A DNA stretch of 64,000 bases. It comes from Octopus sinensis (lineage: Eukaryota). The notes under the pieces are model-generated. The model made no database searches and was not told the origin of the DNA. It was given only the letters and a program-made list of their open reading frames with translations. Each line of letters opens with the position of its first letter. Position 1 is the first letter of the stretch. A program made the position numbers and the translations under genes. The stretch spans positions 62,806,001 through 62,870,000 of the forward strand of contig NC_043008.1 in the NCBI RefSeq assembly GCF_006345805.1. Direction: 5' to 3'. Shown here in pieces: positions 24,701 to 38,229 of this stretch.

Positions 24701-25229
24701 ATACAAAGCTACAATAATAGGAATTACTCTAAAAACGAAAAACACAAATAACTATGAACACAAAAATATATATATATATATAGAGAGAGCAAAACAATAA
24801 AAATAATGAGAAAAGAAAGAAAATTCCATCATAACCAAATATATAAAGTTGTTTAATCTCCAAATGTGATTAAAATTCACTATTTCACCATGAGTAGAAA
24901 GTAGTGATGTGTGATAAGATGTGGCTGTATTGAAGAAAGATAAAAGACATCCATTTAGATATTGCTAACAGGAATTATGGCTAGATGACATTCTGTCAAA
25001 GAAAGAACATGAAATAAACCAAAAATATGTTTTAATAAAGAACTGACTGCAGTTGGTATTGTTACATGAGTAATTGATACAATAAATGCAAACCCATTAA
25101 CCACTTAAATAGGTATGTGTTATTGTTAGAATACAAACATCTATTTCAGTCACACAAACATGCAGCATGAATGCGAATGTAGAATATAATAATTGGTTGA
25201 TTCTAATCATATATGCATTCATAAATACA

Positions 25230-25740
25230 TTCACATGCACACACACACACGCACGCACACACACACACACACACACACACGCACAAATACACACAAATAC
25301 ATGCACAAACATGCGCACAAACAAACACACACACAGATAGACAGATATATATACACACATATATATATACAAATATATATGCATACATATATACATATAT
25401 ATATATATTATATATATATATATATATAATATATATATATATATATACATATATATAATATTGATATTGATATAGACACAGAAACAAGATATAGTTATAC
25501 ATATTGATATGCAAATGCACATACACACACACACACACACACACAGATAGACAGATATAAATTTATATAATATTGATACTGATATAGACGCAGAACAAGA
25601 TATAGTTATACATATTGATGTGCAAATATACATACACACACAAACACACACACATACACATATATATATAGATATGTATATATATTGGTATGTTAGTGTG
25701 TGTGTGTGTATTTATGTACGTATGCATATGTGTGCATATA
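25230..25740. repeat. Compound (CA)n/(TA)n region with an internal ~115-bp duplication
   Basis: TATTGATA.TGATATAGAC.CAGAA..AAGATATAGTTATACATATTGAT occurs at about 25457 and about 25571. Confidence 0.9.
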
Positions 25741-26097
25741 TTATGGATGAAAGTTTATATATGCATACAATTCAAAAGAAATTAGTTATTTCACCTTACT
25801 GAATAGAACGTTTCATTTATTATGAATTAGTTTTAAAATCGTAGACAAAGCTTATAGTATATTGTATTGTCTGAAATTCAGATAAGGAAGGATCTGTATA
25901 GAATCCATTTGGTTGTGTATTTATATTTCGTATTTGCCTATATATAACTTATGTCATTATTATTAATATCTTCAATCTGTTATCATTGTCCACTCTCCTA
26001 TTCTTACATAGGTTAATGGAATTTTTCTTTCAGGTTGATACTCTATGACCAGATGCCTTTCCCGATGCTAACTTACCCTTATTTCCAAGCATGTTAA

Positions 26098-26317
26098 CCC
26101 TTTCATTACTGTATTTATTTTGGAATGCTCTGTGTTTCATTCAATTACTTTAAATATAACAAAGGATTTAGTAAAATAACTTGGTTACCATTAAGCTAGT
26201 GTTAGGAACATGAATTGTGACTTAGGTTTGGTGGAAGATTTAAATTCAAAACTTTTGAAAACAAGACATTTTTACTCAGAGCCAGAGCCTGTTTCAGCCA
26301 GGTTGGTATCGAAAGGG
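26098..26317. mobile_element. piggyBac-type MITE (CCCTTT...AAAGGG, TTAA target)
   Basis: TTAA|CCCTTTC ... GAAAGGG|TTTA. Homologous to 35386-35594 and inserted inside an old family-E SINE. Confidence 0.82.
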
Positions 26318-26477
26318 TTTATATTTCCCCATGAATGGATATGTTGTCAAAAAAGACTTAAAATGAATGGTACCAGTTGTATACAAAGTGACATGCTTTT
26401 ACAACTGTCTTATGATGTTGAAGCAATGAAGTACTCACTCATATACAAACACAAATGCTTGTGTGTGTTTGCATGTA

Positions 26478-27740
26478 CGAGGGGCGTTCAATAAGTAATG
26501 GCCCTGATCCACTTCCCATTGTAGTAGAGCAACGAAACTTGGCACAGTTATTAGTCTTTTTCTACATAGGAACAACCCAGAGTTACACATTTCTCCCATC
26601 GTTTGATGCAGCTCTGGAGACCGTTTTCGTAGATGACCCCAGCTTCGTCCTCCAACCACGACGTGACTTCAGAAATCAAGGCTGCATCATCTGGGAAACG
26701 CTTTCCTTTCAAAAACAACTTCATGGCTGGGAAGAGGTGAAAATCAGAGGGTGCAAGGTCAGGAGAGTAGGGGGATGGGGGAAGAGTTCATAGCCGCATG
26801 CCTGTGCTTCTGATCTGGCGACACGCGAGTTGTGGACCGGAGCGTTGTCCTGCAAGAGGAGGATGCCTTTGCTGATCTTGCCCCGCCTCTTGGTTTTGAT
26901 AGCTTCTCTTAATTTCCTCAAAAGTGAAGCATGATAGGCTCCTGTAATTGTGGTACCCTTTGCCAGGAAATCTGTCATCACTACTCCGTCCTGGTCCCAG
27001 GAGACTGTGAGCATGACCTTGCCAGCGGAGGGCTGCACCCTTGCCTTCTTTGGAGGAGGTTAGTCATGGTGCTTCCACTGCATTGACTGGGCTGTGGTCT
27101 CTGGATCATAGTGATGGACTCAGGTCTCATCCTGTGTAATCAGTCTTTTGAAAAATTTTGACTCATCTTCTTGGCACATCCCTAAATTCATCCTCGAGCA
27201 CTCGACGCATTCTTGCTTCTGGAAAAGTGTGAGCAACCTGGGAATCCATCTGGCAGACACCTTTTGCATATGCAAATGGTCATGAATGATAGTTTCCACA
27301 GACCCAGTACTAATCTTGACCTCATGGGCTATTTGGCGAATAGCTATGCGTCGATCTTTCAAAATGGCAGCCTTAACTTGACGGACAGATGTCTCATCAA
27401 TGGCAGAAGGGGTATGACCAGATCTGGGAGCTGTTTCCACAGAGTTCCGACCATGTTTGAACTCACGATACCAGCGTTTTACAAGGTCATATGATGGGGC
27501 ATCATCACCATAAGTTACTTTCATTTCATCAAAAGTCTCCTGTGGTGTGCGTCATTTCAAATACAAAATCCGGATCACTGCTCGACACTCAACAGGCCCC
27601 ATTTCCCACTTGACTCATTTCAAACACCTGTAAATCAGAAACCACAATCTATAGAAATATAAATAATTGCACATGCAAAATTTCAGCTGGATCAAACAAC
27701 GACAAGTGGGTTAGAGGCATTACTTATTGAACGCCCCTCG
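26478..27740 (-). mobile_element. Full-length Tc1/mariner (DD34D, irritans-like) transposon, 1263 bp
   Basis: TIRs CGAGGGGCGTTCAATAAGTAATG (perfect 23 bp, imperfect to about 37 bp) flanked by TA at 26476-26477 and 27741-27742. Confidence 0.97.
26551..27602 (-). pseudogene. Mariner transposase pseudogene (about 350 codons)
   Basis: ATG at 27602. Motifs WIPRLL, TQDET(W), QDNAPVH and HPP-YSPDLAPSD. In-frame stops at 27554, 27122 and 27062, and a 1-nt frameshift near 26770. Ends YVEKD-stop at 26551. Confidence 0.95.
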
Positions 27741-27958
27741 TATGTCTGTGAGTTTGTTTACATCTTCAATCTCTTGTACAAAAGTGTTGCATATATGTTG
27801 ATCTCTGATTTTCCTGTCAACGGTTTGTTCGGGTACTTTGTGTCACTGCAGCTGCATGAATTAAGCAATTCCTTACTGGGAAAACCAGTAAGGGTTTCAC
27901 ATCATGAAGAGCATCCAGCCATAAGGCAATGTCTCCCATATGAAATATTCATTTAACC

Positions 27959-28296
27959 CTGAGGTCGTCAACCGTTTTTTATCAATGGTCCCCTTTTATT
28001 ACTATTTTATTTTGGTGGACCCCCATAGCCATTCGATGCTTAAAGATTTGTCTTATAGAAACTTCTTTAAAATTTCTTGTTTTGTTTTCCACACATTAAT
28101 GTGTGTAGGTTGAACTACATAAAATCTTAGAGAAAGAAACCTAGCTGTTCTTGGAATACATACATCTAAAGCAAATGTTTTTCAGAGGCCTTTAAAATTC
28201 TATTGCAGATCCCCAATTTATGATTTTAGTACATGGACCCCCAAAAATCCTATATGGACCCTCAGGGGCCATATGGACTCCATTTGAGAACCACTG
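27959..28296. mobile_element. hAT-Charlie-type MITE
   Basis: Right end TTGAGAACCACTG; decayed left end CTGAGGTCGTCAAC; 8-bp TSD ATTTAACC/CTTTAACC. Homologous to 43163-43505. Confidence 0.8.
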
Positions 28297-30964
28297 CTTT
28301 AACCCATACTGAATGGAAAAAGCAGATGTAAAATAAGAAAGGAATTTGACTTCCGCTTCTAACTTATACATCAAAATATTTGCAATATTTACTGTGCATT
28401 TATGGTGAAATGAATGTTCTGAAAAGAATAATGAATGTAAAATATGTTATGATTGTGTTGAGAAATGTCAAAGAAGTGATCTTATTTTTTAAGCAAAACA
28501 TTATAAAGTAATGAAAAGTTTTCAAAACAATTTGTAAGTTTACGTTAGTTACTATAAATGTTGTATTTTTTTGCAAAGTTAATTGATTCAAGATAATATT
28601 TATAATTTATAGATGTGTATTTATTAATGTCTTTCTAAATATAACATTCTAGTTGAAAGTTTCGAAATAAAATATGTAATTCAATAATGGATCACAATAA
28701 TACAGCATTCTAATGCAATATAATCTTTGTATGTCTTTATATAAGTTGGTAAAAGTGAATATTCTACAAATTAACTATAGTATTCTTAAGTATTCATTAA
28801 TTTCAAAAGCATGCAATTAATGATTTATTAGACTATTGCATTAAGGAATAATTATTTCAAAACTAGACATTTCCTTTCAATTATCTTATCCATCAAAGCC
28901 TAGTTATAGCATAAACTAATTATTTACTATTATTTATTATTACAGAGTACATCTAAAGATTTTAATCAAAACTGTATGTAATAAACAGTTGTAAACATCT
29001 TGTTTCGATATACAATTTTTCATTGGTAGAAAGAACAAATTAAGCTAAGATGCATCTGTATGAGGTTGCTGCAAGAATACCCAAGGTGTTGCCATCATCA
29101 CCAGTGTCATAACGATTCTCTCATCATCATGATCGGTATCATCATTGTCATCATCATAATTTTTACATCATCATAAATTTTCCATCTTTGCATAGGTTTG
29201 ACTAAGTCATGCATCTGAGTCATCACTGATGGGAGTTCTATTTTCATAATCTGATGCTCATATCTTCTCTTATTTTCTTTTATTTTAGTTATATGGCTGG
29301 ATATCCTTCCTATCATCATCTACTTTACAAGGTGTACCGAGCTGATACTTCAAGGGCACAACTCCAGAGATGTTGAATAGACAACCCTAAGAGCTCTTTG
29401 TTTGCTCTGCTTAACCTACCAACCTTTTACAGCTATCTATACTGGGTACATTTCATGGTACCAACACAAGAGAAATTATGTTAATTGCCATTTACTTTGA
29501 GAGAGCAGGCATTGTTGACTGGTAAAAATGTTACATATATATTTGCTGGAAATAAACTAGAAAAGTTACTCAAAGCTGATCACATGTGAACCACATTTAG
29601 CTATAAATTATTAAACATGATTTCTGCAGTGCATTTCCACAAAAACGTGACAGTGGTTACTTCCTCATCATAGCTTGCATCGTCACACATAACTGTTATT
29701 GCCAGATATAGCTAATGAGGCTCTTGTGTATAGTATTTGAATGAAAACAGATAATAAAAAATTATATGCTAACATTACATTGAAAGATATTTCAAAGTGG
29801 TTTTTCCAAAACGTTTGTGTTTTACATAAGAGTGTTGGAGATGACAGAGAAGAGTATCACTAACAGCTTCCTACATAAAGATTCTAACGAGCCATAAAGA
29901 TTCTAACGAGTAGGATAACTGTTGAACATTATAAAGGAAATAGTTTGTTTGTTTTCACATTTGCACAAACTTTTATGGAGATATCTCCTCCAAGAAAATC
30001 CTCAAAATCCTTTCTTGGAAACGATTTCCTAGAATTCACAAATTACCATATAAGATTTTTGAAGATATCTCACTGATTTTCTTCAATCAGAAGGCGTTTA
30101 GAAGTTAACTGACAATGAATGTGTTGCTTTATAGGATAATTTTTTTTGTTTTCAAGTAAAGAAGAATTTAGACCAATAACACAATATAGATAAGACAATA
30201 TTAGGAGCAGGTATTATGCAGCGAAGATATGAATTATTGATTATTTCATCTCATATGTATCTAATATTGAATTTAATACGATAGCATACAAACTGTTACA
30301 TAGCTTATTAAGGTTTCAAGATAGGAATATCATGTCAAATAAACAACAGCAAAAAAGACTTCGTTCAAAATATTCTTTTGATGTCAAGCATTTAAGAAAT
30401 ATTCTCTTTATAAAGATATTTGCAAGCTTAGTGATAAATTGTATATTTTATTCACCAAGAAATGGGTTTTCAACGAAGGCAAATATGGTGTGTTATTAAA
30501 CATAATATGAGAGACACTGTTTGGAAATCAGTATTTCTCGTGGTGTTAATTGGAATGGTGTATGCAGTATAATGTGACTTATATTTTAGTATTGTACTCA
30601 ATACTTTAGAAGCTGAGATATCATAGTAGTAATTATTCAACCTTTCATGTTACAGATTGACCTGTTTTTAATTTTGTAGAATATTGTTTTATTTGCCTCT
30701 TGCATAAATTCTTTTATTCTTTTATTTTCTTACTTTTTTCATTCGTTTGACTGTGGCCATGCTGCAGCACCTCCTTGAAGAGATTTCAGTTGAACAAATC
30801 TACCTCAGGTCTTATTTCTTTAACCTAGTACTTATTCTATTGGTCTTTTTTTGCCAAACTGTTAAGTTACAGGGACATAACACACCAACATCAGTTGTCA
30901 AACAGCAATGTTGGGGACAAACACATGCACAAAGACAGATATATACATACACACATTCATATAT

Positions 30965-31010
<46 letters not shown>

Positions 31011-31030
31011 GTGTGTGTGTGTGTATATAT

Positions 31031-31301
31031 ATCTGTAAAAGTAATATGTGGCAATTATTCGGTAGCCATGATAAAACTTCAAGTTTCAGATGCCGAGGTG
31101 GAAATCCACACCGCCATCTCTTCAGTTACCTGGCCATCAGAAAAAATGTTATGAAAATGCATTTCTACCTTGGCATCCGAAACTTGGAGTTTTATCATGG
31201 CTACCGAATAATTGTCACATATTACTTTTACAGATAAATTCCTCTATTTACATAATATCGAGGTCTCTTTCATTCTTTTGTTGTCTTACCATTTTTATCA
31301 A
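31031..31301. mobile_element. Fold-back Penelope-like element (75-bp arms) with hammerhead
   Basis: Arms 31031-31105 and 31161-31235 are highly complementary. Confidence 0.8.
31071..31130 (-). ncRNA. Type-I hammerhead ribozyme-like motif (GUU triplet)
   Basis: Minus strand GTAA-CTGAAGA-GATGGCGGTGTGGATTTCCACCTCGGCATC-T-GAAA-CTTGAAG-TT-TTAT. Confidence 0.6.
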
Positions 31302-31769
31302 TATATATATATATATATACATATGGCAGGCTTCTTTCAGTTTCTGTCTACCAAATTGACTCACAAGGCTTTGGTCATCTCAGGGCTATAGTGAAAGACA
31401 TTTGCCAAGATGCCACACAGTGGGACTGAACCTGGAACCATGTGGATGGAAAACAAGCTTCTTACCACACAACCACATCTGTGCCTATATATATATATAT
31501 ATATATATTATTTTGTGCTTTTGTTTTTTTTCTTTATCTTAAAACATAAAAATAACCAAAAAAACTATCTCTCTCACGCTGGTGCTATGATAAAACACCT
31601 CCCCTTGACTCAGTAGAAGGGATTCCAACCATCAAGATCTCTCCAAAGATGAAACAAAATTGACATGGTTGTTTGATCTATCGAAGAGAAGGTTATCATT
31701 GAATAAAAATTTACTCAGATAACCCATCCAATCACTGGCAGCAAGAAAAGTAGATTTAAACAATCTTTT

Positions 31770-32395
31770 TACTCTAGGCACTTGAAATTTTTGGGGTGGG
31801 GCCAGTCAATTATATTGACCCTAGTATGCAACTGGTACTTAATTTATCGACTCCGAAAGAATGAAAAGCAAAGTCGACCTTGGCAGAATTTGAACTCAGA
31901 ACATAAAGACAAACGAAATACTGCTAAGTATTTCGCCCGGTGTGCTAACATTTCTTATTTCTTTATTGCCCACAAGGGGCTAAACATAGAAGGGACAAAC
32001 AAGGACAGACAAAAGGATTAAGTCAATTACATCAACCCCAGTGCGTAACTGGTACTCAATTTATCAACCCTGAAAGGCAAAGTCGACCTCAGCGGAATTT
32101 GAACTCAGAACATAAAGACAGACGAAATACCGCTGATTATTTCGTCCAGTGTTCTAATGTTTCTGCCAGCTCGCCACCTTAGTAGACTGAAATAGTGACA
32201 AAGAACTTGATTCTCTACCGTGTGATACTGAAATCATGATAAAAATATCGGTTTAGAATTTTAGCAATTTTAGCAATTTTGGTGGAAGGGTATTCAGTTG
32301 TATTGTTCCTTGTGTTCAACTGGTACTTACTTCGACACTGAAATGATGAAAGGCAAAGTTGACTTTGGCTGAATTTGAACTCAAAATGTAATGAC
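31770..32395 (-). mobile_element. Cluster of family-B SINEs
   Basis: Repeated GGCAAAGTCGACCT...TTTGAACTCAGAAC cores; head CTGCCAGCTCGCCACCTT at about 32180. Confidence 0.88.
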
Positions 32396-32420
32396 AGAAT
32401 CAATAAAAGTATTAAGATAG

Positions 32421-32584
32421 GCGTAGGAGTGGCTGTGTGGTAAGTAGCTTGCTTACCAACCACAGGATTCCGGGTTCAGGCCCACTGTGTGGCACCTTGG
32501 GCAAGTGTCTTCTACTATAGCCTCGGGCCGACCAAAGCCTTGTGAGTGGATTTGGTAGATGGAAACTGAAAGATGCCCGTCGTA

Positions 32585-32617
<33 letters not shown>

Positions 32618-32690
32618 GAATGTATGTCTGTGCATATGTTTGTGTGTCTGTGTCTGTCTCCCTCAACATTGCTTGACAAAAAGAGTAAAA
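32421..32690 (+). mobile_element. Family-A SINE, internally deleted
   Basis: Well-preserved head; the body jumps directly to the AAAAGAGTAAAAGAG tail. Confidence 0.9.
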
Positions 32691-33194
32691 GAGATACAAT
32701 GTGCCAATGAGGCACACATATTCATGCCACTATTTACCTATCTTGTGAATCCTTTTAGTGGTGTTTAAAGTATTTTGCCTAACCACTGTCAAACCCAAAG
32801 GTGCAGTAAAATTTTTTACGTGCTGCTCTTCCTCTTTTGACTAAACTTATTAACCTAGTATAACTGTGGTTAAGAAGTTTACTTTGCAAATATATGGTTA
32901 AGTAACCAACTTATTAGAAATATTAACCCTTCCATTATTATATTTCTAACTAAAACACACCCTTTTTGTGTTTCAATTAAATTCTAAAATAATCACGAAT
33001 TTAGACTGACTTCGTTAAACAACGGTAACTTTTTTATTTATCAAGATTTTAATGTTATTTTTGAAACACAATCGTTGCAGTTATGAAATTATTGCATATA
33101 ACTTGGATATTATTCCATAATAAATGTTGTTAAGGGACTATATTTAGAACTAGCTCCTTATTTTGCTCAATAATGAAAATTTTTTCTCATAGAC

Positions 33195-33555
33195 ATAGAT
33201 GTATGGTTAAGAAGTTTTCTTCAGACCAATATGGCTTGAGTTTAGTTCCATTGTCCAGTGCCTTGTGCAAGTGTCTTCTAGTATCACCTCAGGTTGACCT
33301 AATGTCTAGTGAGTAAATTTGGTAGCAGGAAACTATGTTGAATCTCCTTACATATGTGTATGTGTGCCTCTCAATATATATGTGTATGTGTTTGTTTCCC
33401 TCTAACTTAGTAGTTTAGTAAAAGAAGCTAATAAAATAAATACCAGACTTTGAAAAATAGTACTGGAGTCGATTGATCGACCAAACCCTTCAGGATAGCG
33501 CACCAGCATGTTTAGAGTCCATTAAATGAAAGAGAATAGAAGAATAAAAGATTAA
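33195..33555 (+). mobile_element. Old degenerate family-A SINE
   Basis: GCAAGTGTCTTCTA, GTGAGTAAATTTGGTAG, GTACTGGAGTCGAT and CCAGCATG motifs appear in order. Confidence 0.75.
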
Positions 33556-35065
33556 AAGCCAAATGTTATTATTGGACAGAAGATGTTACATAATACAGGA
33601 ACAGAGTGGTGTCTTAATGTTTAAATAATTGGTTTCTTAGAGAAAGGGACACCTTATTAAATGAAACTAAAATCTATGAAGTCAAACAGCTTGTTCATGC
33701 TGAGGAATGATGTGTCATAGAAGCATAATTGACAGATCACACATACAGACATGCACACACACACATACATACATATGTGCATACATGTACACACAAACAT
33801 ACATACACACAGTTCTTTAGTGTAACTAGGTTAATTTTAATAGAAACTTTGTGTTTTAACAAATTCTCTATTCAAAATCGCTATTGACTTTAGCTGTGTG
33901 TGTATATACTGTCCGCTATTTAAATATTGCAGCTAGTGAAACAAAATAGATTACAGATATCGCTATACTGGTTTCTTGCTTAATTGGCAACATAGAATAT
34001 TATTTAGCTGTTTATTTTGTTTGATATTAAAGACAATATAAATGTTCACAGCTTGAAACTAATTTGTTTTACTGGATTCAGATTACTTGAGGAATAGATC
34101 ACACCACGGCTACATGTTATCACTTGTTCTTCTATAGATTTATTAATTAATTATTAACAAATTTCTTATAGAAACTTTGTTAATATACATCCTACTGTGA
34201 TACTTTCTTGAAATGATAATTACTAGCTGAATGATATTCTGGCAGATTTGTAAATTAATTTACCTAAAAATAATGAGTTAATTAAATCATTATTTCTTGA
34301 TTATTATCTACATAATTTTAGAAACTTATGATGTAGGGAGCACCTGTACATTCATGCAAGAACATGCACACACACACACATGCATATGCATGTGTACGCA
34401 CATATATACACTTGTATACACTCACATGCACATGCATGTACACAAACACATACATGCATACATGCACCCCCCCCCTACACGAAAATACTCGCACATAGGT
34501 GAGAGATAGTTGAAATATTTATTGCATTTCATCATGTTTTTTTTTGTTTTTATTTGATCTAATTATCTATATATAAGATATCTATATAGTCTTGAACTGA
34601 TTATTACATACACACACACACACACACACACATGCACAGACAGAGCATATATACAATAATGAATGCTATTGAACATGTGGTTACATATTCACATGCAAAT
34701 TATATTCTATACTGGTATTAATCACAAGGTAAGATATTAATTACTCATTGCATTAAAGCACTTATCACTGTTGGAAATGAAGTTTGTTTCATGTTAACGT
34801 TGGGTGATGCATTATCCATAAGCTGAATGGTTACACTTTGTAAAACATTACTACTGGGTAACAAATATTATGATATCATCATGTACAGCATTTAAAATAT
34901 ATTGTAATAATTACTTCCCAAGCAATATATATTTTGGATGAGTTCAACCATATCAATTGCTATGTGATTAAGATGTATTCTCTAATCTTTAGATTCTTAA
35001 AAATTGTAAGAAATGAATTGCAATTTTGAAGTGCAATAATCATCACTAGATCTCAGATAAAACGT

Positions 35066-35369
35066 CACCCTCTTTCAAGCCTAACCAGGCTCATGGGCCC
35101 AGTTTCCCGGTTTCTGTGGCGTACATGTCCCCCCAACTGGACGGAACACCAGTCCATCACAGCGTTACTCAAGAAACAGCAAGAGAGAGTGAGAGAAAGT
35201 TGTGGCGAAAGAATACAACAGGGTTTGCCACCACCCCCTGCCAGAGCCTCATGGAGCTTTTTGGTGCTTTCGCTCAATAAACACACACAACGCTCGGTCT
35301 GGGAATTGAAACCGCGATCCTCCGACCGTGAGTCCGCTGCCCTAACCACTGGGCCATTGCGCCTCCACA
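35066..35369 (-). mobile_element. Family-C SINE + tail X, well preserved
   Basis: Homologous to 2170-2446, with an intact A box. Confidence 0.92.
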
Positions 35370-35385
35370 AATATCAGATACTTAA

Positions 35386-35594
35386 CCCTTTCATTACAGC
35401 ATTTATTTTGCGATGCTCTGTGTTTCTTTCAATCAATTTAAATATAACAAAGAATTTAGTAAAATAACTTGGTAGTGTTAGGAACATAAATTGTGACTAA
35501 GGTTTGGTGGAAGATTTTAATTCAAAACTTATGAAAACAAGATAATTGTACTACAGTGCCAGAGCTCGTTTCAGCCGGGTTGGTATCAAAAGGG
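35386..35594. mobile_element. piggyBac-type MITE
   Basis: TTAA|CCCTTT ... AAAGGG|TTAA with both TTAA intact. Confidence 0.85.
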
Positions 35595-36324
35595 TTAAAC
35601 TATATCAGTGAAGAACCCCTTGTAGACTAGGAAGAACACAGTCTCTACTGCTTTGTGAGAGAGATGTAATCTTTACCTTTGATAAATTCCTATGTGTATA
35701 TACATTTATAAGTTAATAACTGAGATTAAGGTAAATTACGTATGTAAGTTTAAAAAAAAATGGTTACATATTTCTTGTTCTATGACAGTTCATTTCAGCA
35801 CTGGAATATCTTGTCAGTATGAGACACATAAATTGATTTTACAGGAGACTATGACCTTGTTCCTAGATATTTAAATGATTTTAACGAAAGAAAAAAGCTT
35901 CTTCTTAAAAATGAGAAGAAAAAAAACCCCAAAAGCAAAGAGCAAAAACAATTACAACCTTATCTATGCTAAAACTAGAAAGTATATTAAATTATAAAGA
36001 AAACAACAACAAACAACCCTCAGATGGCAGCTTTAAATGAAATATTAAATAAAAGTGAGTTAGTATTACTTAATGTTTAACTGCACAATTGACTGAGTCA
36101 TTTTTTCACGAGGAAATGATTATGTTTAAGATCATCGTTGTTATTATTTTCTGTGATATTTTCCCCTACCGCATATATAGACAGATGAGATACTTAATAT
36201 ATAGTTTTATAATTGGTTTACAGACTTTATTCTTTGCTTTGAATGATGTGAAAATCAAAGACTAAAAGAATAATGTTAAAGAAATGAAATTTGGTCTTTG
36301 AAACTGTAAATATTATAAGTACCT

Positions 36325-36555
36325 TATTTTACTCTTTTGCTTGTTTCAGTCATTTGACTGTGGCCATGCTGGAGCACTGCCTTCAATCGAGCAAATCGAC
36401 CATAGGACTTATTCTTTGTAAGCCTAGTACTTACTCTATCAGTCTCTTTTTCCAAAACTGCTACGTTACAGGGACGAAAACACACCAGCATCGGTTGTCA
36501 AGTGATATTGGTGGGACAAACACAGACACACAAACATATATACACACATACATAC

Positions 36556-36617
<62 letters not shown>

Positions 36618-36783
36618 TACTATGGGCTTCATTCAGTTTCCATCTACCAAATCCACTCACAAGGCTTTGGTTGCCCCGAAGCTATAATAGAAGACACTTC
36701 CTCAAGGTGCTATGTAGTGGGACTGAACCTGGAACCATGTGGTTGGTAAGCAAGCTACTTACCACAGAGCCACTCCTACACCT
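36325..36783 (-). mobile_element. Family-A SINE, full length
   Basis: Complete tail, body, microsatellite and head. Confidence 0.92.
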
Positions 36784-37026
36784 ATTTTGGAATAAATTAA
36801 TGTATATCTTTTTATCTGGTTTCAGTCGTTTGATTGCAACCATGCTGGGGCACCACCTTGAAGGGTTTCAGTCAAGCAAGTCGAGCCCAGGGTTAATTTC
36901 TTTTAGGTCTAGTTCTTATTCAATCGGTTTCCTCTGCTGAACTGCTAAGTTATAGGGATTTAAACATACTAACACTGGTTGTCAAGCGGTGGCAGCAGAC
37001 AAACACATGCACTAGAACACATATAC

Positions 37027-37106
<80 letters not shown>

Positions 37107-37127
37107 GTGTATGTGTATATATATATA

Positions 37128-37357
37128 GTTTTTGAAGTGGTGTACAGATATGTGTATATTGAGAAAAAGGAGGAAGTCAGATTTTGGATAATTCTTTATA
37201 AGCACTTTTGTTTGTTTAGCTGAACTCTTGGAGACAAAAATTAAAACCAAAATGGTTTTTGGTTTTAATTCTTGTTTTAAAGAGTTTGATTAAACAAATA
37301 AAAGTGCTACTAAAGAATTATCCAAAGTTCCTACTGCCACATTTTTCTCAATATATA
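37128..37357. mobile_element. Palindromic element, copy 1
   Basis: About 100-bp imperfect arms centred on AAAACCAAAATGGTTTTTGGTTTT; second copy at 50988-51217. Confidence 0.85.
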
Positions 37358-37810
37358 TTTATGTGTGCACATAGATATATATATATATATGTATATTTGT
37401 GTGTGTATGTGTGTGTGTGAGTATACACAGGTATGTATGTATATATGTATGTATGTGTGTGCGTGTATGTATAATAGACTCTCCCATTGAAGACGATGTA
37501 TGAGCACTCAGCTTTTGCCAAATGGCCTGCACAAATGATTTTTTTATAGTGATCAAATATTTGTGCCTCACATTAGTTCACTCTCTCCATCAAATCGAAA
37601 ATGAAATCAAAATCTAATGATCATGAGTGCAACGCCCTAACCACCAGGCCATGTGTCCTCACACACCTATATGAAAAGATTCTTTTAGTTTCCATCTACC
37701 AAATCCACTCACAAGGCTTTGGTCAACCTGAAGCTATAGTAGAAGACACTTGCCCAAGGTGCCATGCAGTGGAAATGAACCCAGATTCATGTGATTGGGA
37801 AGCAAGCTTC

Positions 37811-38229
37811 TTATTTCTTTATTGCCCACAAGGGGCTAAACATAGAGGGGAAAAACAAGGACAGACCAAGGAATTAAGTCGATTACATCGACCCCAGTGC
37901 ATAACTGGTAGTTAATTTATCGACCCTGAAAGGATGAAAGGCAAAGTCGACCTCGGCGGAATTTGAACTCAGAACGTAAGGACAGGCAAAATACCTATTT
38001 CTTTACTAACCACAAGGGGCTAAACATAGAGGGAACAAACAAGGACAAACAATCGGATTAAGTCGATTACATCGACCCCAGTGTGTAACTGGTACTTATT
38101 TAATCGACCCCGAAAGGATGATAGGCAAAGTCGACCTTGGCAGAATTTGAACTCAGAACGTAGCGCCAGGCAAAATACCGCTAAGCCTTTTGGCCTGGTG
38201 TGCTAACGTTTCTCCCAGCTCGCCGCCTT
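37811..38229 (-). mobile_element. Family-B SINE dimer (one head, two bodies)
   Basis: Two body units joined at AAATACC-TATTTCTTTA. Confidence 0.92.

Larger units (their letters stand above)
30715..31480 (-). mobile_element. Family-A SINE with a fold-back element nested in its microsatellite
   Basis: A tail and body at 30715-30950; A head at 31325-31480. Confidence 0.85.

Noticed and set aside
26455-26793. Plus-strand ORFs 26455-26793 and 27213-27494
   Set aside because: Antisense shadows of the mariner transposase.
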